Shown: positions 37,330 through 45,086 of the stretch, in pieces
Numbering within the stretch: position 1 is the first letter of the stretch
Layout of the letters: the number at the start of each line of letters is the position of its first letter
Source of the DNA: a virus
Lineage: Duplodnaviria; Caudoviricetes
DNA: 64,000 nucleotides
Reading direction: 5' to 3' (one strand)
IMG/VR virus record: IMGVR_UViG_3300037483_000348
Span: 1,943-65,942 of that record
Made by a program: the position numbers and the translations under genes
The notes under the pieces: generated by a model
What the model was told of the DNA's origin: nothing
Database searches by the model: none
The model's input: the letters and a program-made list of their open reading frames with translations, nothing else

Positions 37330-37481
37330 GGTGGGGTGTCTGGGAGGTCTCAGATGGAGCACGAATCAACGCGCTGTTGCTGTACGATAATTGCACCCTC
37401 CGCGTGTAAAGGGTCAAGTCGCTAAAGGTTAAATCCCAAGGGCTATCAAGACTCTATAGGTGAGACTGCTACCTAATACCG

Positions 37482-37552
37482 CACAATTCCGGCGAAGGGT
37501 CGCCGATATCGACAATCCTGACATCGGTCTGCGTGATTTGCACTTCGTGCAT
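37482..37552 (-). pseudogene. 5' part of the IS-split phage gene
   Basis: ATG at 37552 with RBS, MHEVQITQTDVRIVDIGDPSPEL ending in the TSD. Confidence 0.75.
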
Positions 37553-37555
37553 TTC

Positions 37556-37738
37556 CTATCTCCGCTCTACAGGGTCAGGTGGTTTGGCTTCGGAGAGGAT
37601 GGCGTCAGCCGCGTCGTAGCAGCCATCGCGTTCAGCGTTGGCGAGGGCAGTGGCGATGATGTTGGCCCGTGCCCTGTAGTCTTCCTCACATTCGTCCAAC
37701 AGCTTCCACGCCGCTTCCATGTGCTTATCGCTCGCCAT
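37556..37738 (-). CDS. Hypothetical protein, paralogue A (MASDKHMEAA)
   Basis: Shares termini with 38274-38513. Confidence 0.6.
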   Translation of the reverse strand: MASDKHMEAAWKLLDECEEDYRARANIIATALANAERDGCYDAADAILSEAKPPDPVERR

Positions 37739-37752
37739 CGCCTAGCCTCCCT
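37713..37752. repeat. 40-bp direct repeat copy 1 (copy 2 at 38488-38527)
   Basis: GCTTCCATGTGCTTATCGCTCGCCATCGCCTAGCCTCCCT identical at both sites. Confidence 0.92.
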
Positions 37753-37864
37753 CTACGGGAGGGGCGGGCGGCAGACGCCAGTGCGTCGGCTCGATAATCA
37801 TTGCCATGCCGGGAAGGCCGCCCGTGTGGGCGCGGAAGGATGATTCGAGCACGGCGTCATCCAT
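37742..37864 (-). CDS. 40-aa DUF551-like C-terminal remnant
   Basis: EPTHWRLPPAPP motif. Confidence 0.45.
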   Translation of the reverse strand: MDDAVLESSFRAHTGGLPGMAMIIEPTHWRLPPAPPVEGG

Positions 37865-38174
37865 GATACCTTGCCTCCATCGTGATCTCGACATCGTTGA
37901 AAACGAAGTGAACCGTCATGCCGGTGTGGCAGTGGATTTCCCATGCGACCTTGCAAGCGGCGCTGATGTCAGTGCCGGCCAGAAACTCGGGCTCCCAGCG
38001 CTCGCCATCGCGATCGAGTTTGCTGCATCCGTCGACGATCACCCCGACCCGTTCGAACTGCCACTTCATATGCATGTGGCTGTCACTTTGCTTCACGAAC
38101 GGCATCATCGCGTCGTTGATCGCGCGCTTGCGTGCTTCCCACTCGTCGCGGATCGAAGCGACTGACGTGTTCAT
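37857..38174 (-). CDS. Hypothetical protein
   Basis: GGAGG RBS; operon context. Confidence 0.55.
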   Translation of the reverse strand: MNTSVASIRDEWEARKRAINDAMMPFVKQSDSHMHMKWQFERVGVIVDGCSKLDRDGERWEPEFLAGTDISAACKVAWEIHCHTGMTVHFVFNDVEITMEARYHG

Positions 38175-38273
38175 CTACCTCACCTCCAATGCGATCTCGA
38201 CAGGCCCGGAAGACAGAACCGCAACAGTCCATACCGCAAGACCGAGAAGGGCTATCAAGCGGAGTGTGGGCAT

Positions 38274-38513
38274 CTACTTGCCCTCCCCGGCTTCGGAGAG
38301 GATGGCGTCATTGAGCGCGCCACGGATGTACCCTTCCGTCATGCCAGCAAAACGCATAGGCCGGGTGCGGATAATCTCAGCCGCCCGCTTCATGCCTTCG
38401 CGTTCAGCGGCGGCAAGGGTGGTGGCAGCAATCAGCAAATCATCAGCGGATGCGGGCATATTCATGCAGTGAAGCATCTGTCGCGCTGCTTCCATGTGCT
38501 TATCGCTCGCCAT
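38274..38513 (-). CDS. Hypothetical protein, paralogue B (MASDKHMEAA)
   Basis: Shares termini with 37556-37738. Confidence 0.6.
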   Translation of the reverse strand: MASDKHMEAARQMLHCMNMPASADDLLIAATTLAAAEREGMKRAAEIIRTRPMRFAGMTEGYIRGALNDAILSEAGEGK

Positions 38514-38516
38514 CGC

Positions 38517-38828
38517 CTAGCCTCCCTGGGATACGGGAGGGGCGGGGATGCCGCCTGTTCCGCCGCATCGCGGGCATTCGCCGCCCCAAGCTGCGTATTC
38601 ACCGGAGCCGTTGCAGTCGGGGCAAGTTTCCATAGGGGCGGGGCAAAGGGCGGTGCGGGTGTTCCACGCTTCGCCGGCTGCTACGTCCGCCTGCACTGTT
38701 CTTGTCGATGCGGCGCAAACTGTGCACGCGACATAGAGACCGAATTTACGGGTTTCTTTCCGTATTTCCGCTTCCCCGCCACAAAACGGGCACGGCAGCA
38801 GTTCGGCCTTTTCGTCGGGAGCGGTCAT
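38517..38828 (-). CDS. lar: Lar-family restriction alleviation protein with extra zinc finger
   Basis: ELLPCPFCGGEA...CTVC...AWNTR plus CPDC/CPRC. Confidence 0.7.
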   Translation of the reverse strand: MTAPDEKAELLPCPFCGGEAEIRKETRKFGLYVACTVCAASTRTVQADVAAGEAWNTRTALCPAPMETCPDCNGSGEYAAWGGECPRCGGTGGIPAPPVSQGG

Positions 38829-38905
38829 CACGTTTCCTTTTCGGCTCCAAGTGGGCACTAATATCGGAGCAACCTCTCCGCTTCACGGCAGTTGCAGATT
38901 TGAAG

Positions 38906-39097
38906 CTATCTCTGGGCTCTTAAAGCCGTGTCTTCTTCTGTGCCACCCAAAGAGGCGATGTAGACACCGCCGTTTGCCTGCGGAACGACCTTGACGCCGG
39001 TAAACGGCGGCTCGTGGGCGAACACTGTCGCGCCCGATTCGAGCTGCATCAAGGTCGTGATCAGTTCGCTGACGGTTCTGGCAATCTTCGGTTCCAT
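38906..39097 (-). CDS. Hypothetical protein
   Basis: Short ORF in leftward operon. Confidence 0.4.
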   Translation of the reverse strand: MEPKIARTVSELITTLMQLESGATVFAHEPPFTGVKVVPQANGGVYIASLGGTEEDTALRAQR

Positions 39098-39212
39098 CGA
39101 TCATTTCCTTCATAGCGGGCCCATCCCGATTGGTGCGGCCTGATCACGTTTATAGCCGTTCTGGTTTCAAGTATCCAGATTGGTTCCGAGAAATCTGTGC
39201 ACGGCGTGGGCC

Positions 39213-39241
39213 TTGCAAATCAAGGCGTCGGCGGCTATGAG
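39213..39241 (+). promoter_or_regulatory. tRNA-type sigma70 promoter with GC-rich discriminator
   Basis: TTGCAA-N17-TATGAG then GCCGGTCGC, directly before tRNA fragment. Confidence 0.6.
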
Positions 39242-39251
39242 GCCGGTCGCG

Positions 39252-39291
<40 letters not shown>

Positions 39292-39412
39292 CGGATATCC
39301 AGTCTGGCACCACAAAAAATCCCCACAAAATCAACGCCTTGCGAAACCATAGCCAAACAGTGGTGTGACCTCTCTCGCCGAATTGCAGCCAGAATGGCTA
39401 TGGACTGGCGCG

Positions 39413-39679
39413 CTAATCGTAGTCGACAAAGAAAAGTTGGCCGGTTTCCAGGCTCGCTCCATACTTTCTGTCTTCCGGCAATCCATGCTCGATGGCGGCT
39501 TGCCGCACCCAATAATGCGGCGGACGGCTGTCAATAATCGTCTGTTGCTTTTGCAAGTTGAGCGTCATCGTCGGGCCTGCCGTGGCGTCCTTGATGCGCT
39601 TGGCCTGTTCAGGCGTAAGCCGCTTGCCGGTGTCGATTAATGTGGGCTGGTCTGTCATCCCTTCATCCTCCTGCTTCAC
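39413..39679 (-). CDS. Hypothetical protein
   Basis: Operon context. Confidence 0.45.
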   Translation of the reverse strand: MKQEDEGMTDQPTLIDTGKRLTPEQAKRIKDATAGPTMTLNLQKQQTIIDSRPPHYWVRQAAIEHGLPEDRKYGASLETGQLFFVDYD

Positions 39680-39899
39680 GACAAACGCGGCACGGGCAGT
39701 CCATGCCGTGCTCCGTTATGCCAGCTTCATCTTCCGCCGCGCGCCACGCCGCCGCACACATGATGCAGTTCGGTCCTTCGCCGGCCAGCACGTTCCAATA
39801 CTTGCTCCCGTAGCAGGGATCATTATCGCACATGACGCGGCCGAGAGGTGGGCCGGAGAGGCTGATCGTGTTGGACGGGAACTTCTGCGGGCGGGACAT
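39663..39899 (-). CDS. Small Cys-rich protein
   Basis: CDNDPC, CIMC, CPCRVC. Confidence 0.5.
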   Translation of the reverse strand: MSRPQKFPSNTISLSGPPLGRVMCDNDPCYGSKYWNVLAGEGPNCIMCAAAWRAAEDEAGITEHGMDCPCRVCREAGG

Positions 39900-39903
39900 G
39901 GCT

Positions 39904-40179
39904 TCATCGTTCCTTCGCTAGAGCGGCGTCGATCATGTCTTGCCAGCATCCGAGCGCGTCATTTCCGAATCGCGCTTCAAGCATTCCGTCCGTCGGCTCA
40001 CGCATTGCCTCTATAGCCGCGCGGGCGGGAGCGACGAACTCGCGCCATAGAAAGTGGCCGGGGTCACCGTTTTTCAAACGCCCATCTACCCGGGGCAAGT
40101 CGCCGGGCTCGATGCTGTCTGGATCGTATCCGTTCCGCTGGCACAGGACGCGCGCCACGCGTTCAACAATCTCGCTCAT
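39904..40179 (-). CDS. Hypothetical protein
   Basis: IVERVARVLC...ARAAIEAMREPT pattern. Confidence 0.6.
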   Translation of the reverse strand: MSEIVERVARVLCQRNGYDPDSIEPGDLPRVDGRLKNGDPGHFLWREFVAPARAAIEAMREPTDGMLEARFGNDALGCWQDMIDAALAKER

Positions 40180-41201
40180 GCGGCCTTCCTCTTTGCTTTC
40201 TTCACCTTCGGCGCCTTGGCCCCGAAAGCATCCTCGATGATATGCTCTCCTGCATCGCCATGAACATAGGTCTGCACGAGCAGCTGCCTCGAGTCCCATC
40301 CGCCGAGCTTCGCCGCGGTGTCGACGTCGAGCTTCTTCCTGACGATCAGCTCCGTCGCGAATGAATGCCGGCCTGGCTGGTGCGTGCCGAGGTAGGGGAT
40401 TTTCGCCCTGGCGCACACGTCCTGGATCACGGTGTAGACGGCGCGCTTCGATCGGTAGCCGAACACGCGATCGCCACGCGGTTTCAGATCCTGCAGCTCG
40501 AACACCAGCTCGGCCGTCAGCTTCGCAACCCTTTCCTTGCCGTTCTTCGTCCGCGTTAGCGTGACGGTCCGGTTCGGAAGGTCGAGATCGTCGGGCTCGA
40601 CGCGCAGCGCTTCCGAGATGCGCGCCGCCGTCTGGTAGTTGAACAGCATCAGCGCACGCACCCACGGATTGTCGCAGTGCTTGCGGAAGCGGTCGATATA
40701 GTCGCGCGTCACGGCAACCCTTGGCGCGGTATCCGGCAGGCGCACGTCGCGGTCGCGCTTGGAAAACCCCTTGATCTTGATCGCGGGGCAGTCGCCGGCG
40801 TCGGCGCTGTGATTGATGACCGCCTTCATCGGCGTCACGACCTGGCGGTTCCATGTCGTATAGGCCGCATCGGGATAAAGTTCCTTCGCGGCCTGCCGGA
40901 CCTTCGTTCCGCTCAGGTCGGAAATGCGCGTGTCCCGGAAATGCTCGATCAGCGGCTCCAAGAATCTGTCGTCCTTCCCTGCATCGATGTAAGCCTCGGC
41001 GGCCATGCCGAACGTGTAGATCGCCTTGTTGCCGAGGATCAGCGCTTCGTGTGCTTCGCGCTCTCTGGACTGGCGGATCGCATCTGCCTTCTTTTCCTCA
41101 GTTTCTCCAGTGCTCTCATGTACGGAGCTTTCCCCGTCCTTCGTCCTGACGGTCCCTGTGAGCCACCAGAAGCGGCCTCGTCTGTAGATGGTGAGCGGCA
41201 T
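40176..41201 (-). CDS. int: Tyrosine integrase
   Basis: TAARISE (R), TKNG (K), HQPGRHSF (HxxR), GGW, TYVH (Y). Confidence 0.92.
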   Translation of the reverse strand: MPLTIYRRGRFWWLTGTVRTKDGESSVHESTGETEEKKADAIRQSREREAHEALILGNKAIYTFGMAAEAYIDAGKDDRFLEPLIEHFRDTRISDLSGTKVRQAAKELYPDAAYTTWNRQVVTPMKAVINHSADAGDCPAIKIKGFSKRDRDVRLPDTAPRVAVTRDYIDRFRKHCDNPWVRALMLFNYQTAARISEALRVEPDDLDLPNRTVTLTRTKNGKERVAKLTAELVFELQDLKPRGDRVFGYRSKRAVYTVIQDVCARAKIPYLGTHQPGRHSFATELIVRKKLDVDTAAKLGGWDSRQLLVQTYVHGDAGEHIIEDAFGAKAPKVKKAKRKAA

Positions 41202-41395
41202 GACTGACTCCGTACAAACAACTGGTCGACCTGCTCTGCCGTCAGCAGGACCTTGCGCTTGTGAACATAACCTATCCCGGCCTTGCGCGCGCGCTCGCGG
41301 ATGGTGCGGGCGGTGATGGTGACGCCGCTGGCGCTGAGCACGGCAGCCCAATGCTCGGCGGGCTTTGATCGGGAGAGGTCGGGGAGAATGGTCAT
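41039..41395 (-). CDS. Excisionase-like protein overlapping int
   Basis: ARTIRERARK HTH-like segment, LLTAEQVDQL; position. Confidence 0.55.
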   Translation of the reverse strand: MTILPDLSRSKPAEHWAAVLSASGVTITARTIRERARKAGIGYVHKRKVLLTAEQVDQLFVRSQSCRSPSTDEAASGGSQGPSGRRTGKAPYMRALEKLRKRRQMRSASPESAKHTKR

Positions 41396-41916
41396 TCGAC
41401 GGCCTCAACCTTCGCGCCGTGAATATCGGAAAAACTATGCCATCCAGCCTCGGTGAATTCCTTGCTATAGACTTCGCCGCGCGGCTTGATCGGTTGCCAT
41501 CCCTCGTCGCAAAACAGACGGTAGTGCCAAACGTCGAGCGCCTTGCCTTCGGGCGTGTACGGGCCTTCGAGCCAAGTCAGCTTAGCGTCACCGCCGAAGA
41601 AAGCCTCCGCGAGTTCCTGATAGAATGCCGCCTGCTTCGGGACAGGAGAGCCTGTCATCGGGTCGCGCTGAGCCATCGACAGGTGCCAGCATCGTTCATA
41701 GTCCGGGTTCTTCCACCATCCGCCCGTATGGTGGCCGATGTCGCGCGTCGGCGTTCCCGAGATCGGCGTCACGCGACATTCACCGCCAATCTGGATGACG
41801 AGCTTGTGGTGGCCGCAGCCGTTGGGCTTGCGCAGATCGCATGAACCGCCGGCCTCGGCGACGATGGCTTTCGCCTCTCGAAGCACCAGTCGGCGGAATT
41901 TCCTCAATCTGCTCAA
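41392..41916 (-). CDS. Possible fusion of a HicA-like N-terminus and a conserved phage domain
   Basis: TTG with GAGGAGG RBS; GCGHHKLVI...TPISGTP then GWWKNPDYERCWHLS...WHYRLFCD. Confidence 0.55.
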   Translation of the reverse strand: MSRLRKFRRLVLREAKAIVAEAGGSCDLRKPNGCGHHKLVIQIGGECRVTPISGTPTRDIGHHTGGWWKNPDYERCWHLSMAQRDPMTGSPVPKQAAFYQELAEAFFGGDAKLTWLEGPYTPEGKALDVWHYRLFCDEGWQPIKPRGEVYSKEFTEAGWHSFSDIHGAKVEAVE

Positions 41917-41959
41917 TCTGGCCTCCTCGCCAAATCTCCGATCCGGACTATACCATTCA

Positions 41960-41974
41960 TAGCCAAAATGGTTA
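41960..41974. promoter_or_regulatory. Operator copy TAGCCA AAA TGGTTA at an extended -10 promoter (TG-G-TATAGT, minus strand)
   Basis: Palindrome; -10 at 41953-41948. Confidence 0.6.
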
Positions 41975-42010
41975 CACAGTGGCCAGCGAAAGGCTGTGGA
42001 TAGGCCCTGC

Positions 42011-42232
42011 TCATCTCGGCTCACCCTCCGGGGTGGTGGCTTCCGCAAGGATTTTGCGAAATTCGCGGGCGATCTCTAGGCAAGCATCTCGGCCCTGAAA
42101 GAAGATTCCACGGTCGAACACGAACGCTGCGGCTTCCGCATAGTCGTCACTGGTGTCTCGCGAGAGTGAGCAATGTCCGCTTTCGAGGATATCCACGACG
42201 TGCTTTATTTGCGCTTCCGTCAGTCTCGCCAT
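42011..42232 (-). CDS. Hypothetical protein
   Basis: Operon context. Confidence 0.45.
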   Translation of the reverse strand: MARLTEAQIKHVVDILESGHCSLSRDTSDDYAEAAAFVFDRGIFFQGRDACLEIAREFRKILAEATTPEGEPR

Positions 42233-42234
42233 CC

Positions 42235-42519
42235 CTATCCCTCCGCGTCGAGAGAACGGAGAAGGGCGAGGCCTGCCTTGGTGATGCGAATGGAGAATTC
42301 ATCGCCAGCGAATCCAGGCCCCCACTGCTGAGCAAGATTCTTAGCGAAAAGGCGGTTCCATGTGTCGGGGTCGCCGTCGTCAGAAAATTCCTCTGTGTGC
42401 TCATCATCGCAACTGATGCCACCGCCATAGCTGGCTACCAGCTTCAACGCCTTAGCTTCGCGCTCTCGCAATTCTCGGATCGTCAGGATCACGACTTCGC
42501 TGGAGATGATCGCGGCCAT
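42235..42519 (-). CDS. Hypothetical protein
   Basis: RBS; ITKAGLALL ending. Confidence 0.5.
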   Translation of the reverse strand: MAAIISSEVVILTIRELREREAKALKLVASYGGGISCDDEHTEEFSDDGDPDTWNRLFAKNLAQQWGPGFAGDEFSIRITKAGLALLRSLDAEG

Positions 42520-42713
42520 TACCCTTCCTCCATAGAGCGGAGAGCCGCGCGACCGGCAGGGGTGATCGACCACCAGTTGGTAATGCGAGATGTGGGATGC
42601 CGCTCAATTAGACCGGCTTTGACCAGCGTCATGGCGGTCGCGGCATGAACCCAGCCCAATTCCACGTTGGACAACGACCACAAGGCCCGCCGCTGCGCAT
42701 ACGTCAGCTTCAT
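42519..42713 (-). CDS. Small winged-helix-like protein
   Basis: LVKAGLIE...ITPAGRAAL. Confidence 0.55.
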   Translation of the reverse strand: MKLTYAQRRALWSLSNVELGWVHAATAMTLVKAGLIERHPTSRITNWWSITPAGRAALRSMEEG

Positions 42714-43135
42714 TCACTTGCCCTCCGGTGTTCCCCGTCTGCGTCGAGATAGACGCGCACCGCCCGCATGATCCGCTCCACCAGCACATCGGACGCTTCG
42801 TTTGCGCCATTGTGCCGAACATCGTTGTAGGCTTCGCGGAGCGCCTTCACCCCCACCCCGCCCAATGGGGCGGCAAGGGCGGCGCGGAGATCGTTGATGG
42901 TCGCCCACGCTCTGTCCTCGGGACCATTCGGCGCAACTTCACCAGCCAACTCTCGGATGATGCCTTCGAGACGGTCCAGCATCGCCTCCACCGCTTCCGG
43001 TGGTGGGGCGGCGGCGTCCAGATAGGTGCGGATGGCCTTCGTTAGCTTGTCGAGTTCAATCGATGATGGTTCTGCGTGCGGATCGTGGTTGGCGAAGAAA
43101 GCCGCCCGCAACGCCTTCGGGTTCAGTTCAGCCAT
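42710..43135 (-). CDS. Hypothetical protein
   Basis: Coupled ORF. Confidence 0.5.
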   Translation of the reverse strand: MAELNPKALRAAFFANHDPHAEPSSIELDKLTKAIRTYLDAAAPPPEAVEAMLDRLEGIIRELAGEVAPNGPEDRAWATINDLRAALAAPLGGVGVKALREAYNDVRHNGANEASDVLVERIMRAVRVYLDADGEHRRASE

Positions 43136-43316
43136 TGTCGTAAACCTCCCCAAGCGCCGCAGCTACATGGCCGTGATCAATCTTCTGACCGTGGCGTTGC
43201 TGGTACACATCGCACGTCATCTGCATTAGAAACTCGGTGGACTTTTCGGGGAATTCTCCCTCCAGTTCGTCCCAGATTTCGACAATCGTCGCGTTGTTCG
43301 GTGCGTCATTTGCCAT
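43128..43316 (-). CDS. Hypothetical protein
   Basis: Coupled ORF. Confidence 0.45.
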   Translation of the reverse strand: MANDAPNNATIVEIWDELEGEFPEKSTEFLMQMTCDVYQQRHGQKIDHGHVAAALGEVYDNG

Positions 43317-43524
43317 CGGGCTTCTCCCCGACAAGGCGCGTATTATAGCGAAGGATCGGACGGTATTTCATTTCGCGCAGCAAGTTTGCTGCATCGTTTC
43401 GCAGCGGCTCGTGCGAGTAATACCAGCGACGAAAGAAACCACGCCAACCAGTATTCTCTATAGCCATGCACTTAAGAATATAGATCATCCTCTCGTGGTA
43501 GTGGCGGTCCAGTTCACTTGCCAT
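43306..43524 (-). CDS. Hypothetical protein
   Basis: Coupled ORF. Confidence 0.45.
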   Translation of the reverse strand: MASELDRHYHERMIYILKCMAIENTGWRGFFRRWYYSHEPLRNDAANLLREMKYRPILRYNTRLVGEKPDGK

Positions 43525-44281
43525 CGTTTTGCTCCATGAGGTTGCGGGCGCGGATGAAATGCGCGGCTCGCATGACAGCAACGCGGCCCCACAATTTGTT
43601 CAGCATTTCGATTATGTCGTCGCTGTCGAAATCGTAACGTGACAACACTTCCGCAAACGGCCTCAGCCCCTCCACTAGCTCCGCATTCCGGGTGCGGAGG
43701 GTGGCGAGTTCGGTTTCGGCGGCGATGCGGCGCTCAGTGGCAGTACGCGCCATGTGCATCGCAGCCTTGATTTCCGACTGATCGAAAATCGCCTTCAAGT
43801 CGAGTTCAAGTTCATCCCGCTCCCGCGTCAGCCGCTCTATCTTCGCCTGTGCGGCGGTGGCTGAGACGAGGGGTTCGGCATTGTGACCGTCCTTTCGCCA
43901 CCGCTCAGCTTGTGCGGGAAGGTCTGTGAGGTAGAAGAAGCCGCTTTCGACGCGAACGCCCCAAGCGACCGCGCCATCTGGCGACTTCGCCTGACAACTG
44001 TTCCCGTTTACATCGACGGGAAACAGCCGATCGACCTTGCGGGCTTCCTCGTAGTCGCGGGCGATGATAACCTCACGGCCATCGGCCAAGGCAATGTTGC
44101 CGGGTCGCCAGCCGTGACCGCAGCACGAAGCGACGGTTTTCATCCCAGCCACGTTCAAAGCCGCGACGATCTCGGCAATGCACGGGTCGCAGTGGAATCC
44201 GCGCTCCTTGTCGAGCACCATCTTCTTCTCGCGATCCAGATGACAGGTCTCGTCGCCGCAGAAGCAGTCCCGCAGGGCCAT
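43514..44281 (-). CDS. Hypothetical protein, N-terminus resembling the TYW3-like motif, C-terminal coiled coil
   Basis: DPCIAEIVAALNVAGMKTVASCCGH. Confidence 0.55.
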   Translation of the reverse strand: MALRDCFCGDETCHLDREKKMVLDKERGFHCDPCIAEIVAALNVAGMKTVASCCGHGWRPGNIALADGREVIIARDYEEARKVDRLFPVDVNGNSCQAKSPDGAVAWGVRVESGFFYLTDLPAQAERWRKDGHNAEPLVSATAAQAKIERLTRERDELELDLKAIFDQSEIKAAMHMARTATERRIAAETELATLRTRNAELVEGLRPFAEVLSRYDFDSDDIIEMLNKLWGRVAVMRAAHFIRARNLMEQNDGK

Positions 44282-44295
44282 GGCTATCTCTCCTT

Positions 44296-44616
44296 TCACG
44301 CCGCTCTTTTCAGATTCTCCGCTGCCCGGTAGATCGCAGCGACACGGCAAACCGCTTCCTCGCGCAGTTCTTCGAGGATTCCCGGCAGGTGATCGAATGA
44401 GCCCTTTTCAAAACCAGCCTTGATCTCCGCCAGCGGGACGCCAGCGTCGGAAAGCAGCTTGATCTGTTTGATCCGGTTCACCTGCTCCGGGGTGTAGAGG
44501 CGGGTGACGCCGTTTCTGACGGGGGCGATCAGGCCTTTCTCCTCCCAAAAGCGCAGGGCTCTAAGGGTGATGTCGTATTGCCGGGAAACGGCGCCGATGG
44601 TTTTCAAGTCATGCAT
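44296..44616 (-). CDS. MerR-family HTH protein
   Basis: TIGAVSRQYDITLRALRFWEEKGLIAP. Confidence 0.85.
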   Translation of the reverse strand: MHDLKTIGAVSRQYDITLRALRFWEEKGLIAPVRNGVTRLYTPEQVNRIKQIKLLSDAGVPLAEIKAGFEKGSFDHLPGILEELREEAVCRVAAIYRAAENLKRAA

Positions 44617-45086
44617 GGTGTTTCTCCGTGATCGAACAGGGGAAGGCCGACTTTCCGGCGCGGCGCCGGTATGGGGCGCAGCGCTGCCGTTGGCGGGCGC
44701 TTCGCGATTTCCAGCGCCCAATTGATCAGCTGCTCGGCGCGCTCATTGGTGAGATGATCAGGACCGTTCCATCTGCGCGCCCACCGGCAGAGACGAATGA
44801 AGCGGGCCGCGGCAATCCGGATGGCCTTCTCGCGCGTGTCGAAAACGCCCGGCCGGTCGTAGCAGTCAGTCCCGATCTCGATGCTGTAGACCGAGCCGTA
44901 GGTAGACCAGCGGCCGTCTGCCAGGGCGATGACCTCGAAATGAAAGCGTCCCGACACGCCGCGATGGCCGAACGTGTCATAGGCCCACCACTGGTCGCCT
45001 TCCATCGGCCAGAGATAGTTGTTGAACGGGCGCCTGCCGTCGGCCCGCTCGATCGGGCCATCATAGGGTTGGGGATCGTGCTTCAT
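44604..45086 (-). CDS. Hypothetical protein
   Basis: Coupled ORF. Confidence 0.5.
   Translation of the reverse strand: MKHDPQPYDGPIERADGRRPFNNYLWPMEGDQWWAYDTFGHRGVSGRFHFEVIALADGRWSTYGSVYSIEIGTDCYDRPGVFDTREKAIRIAAARFIRLCRWARRWNGPDHLTNERAEQLINWALEIAKRPPTAALRPIPAPRRKVGLPLFDHGETPCMT

Larger units (their letters stand above)
33264..37481 (+). mobile_element. IS1595-family element 2 (ISNha5-like CGGnnTT ends) carrying an RM system, 4218 bp
   Basis: Perfect 25-bp IRs CGGTATTAGGTAGCAGTCTCACCTA (33264-33288, 37457-37481); 8-bp TSD CACAATTC (33256-33263, 37482-37489). Confidence 0.93.
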
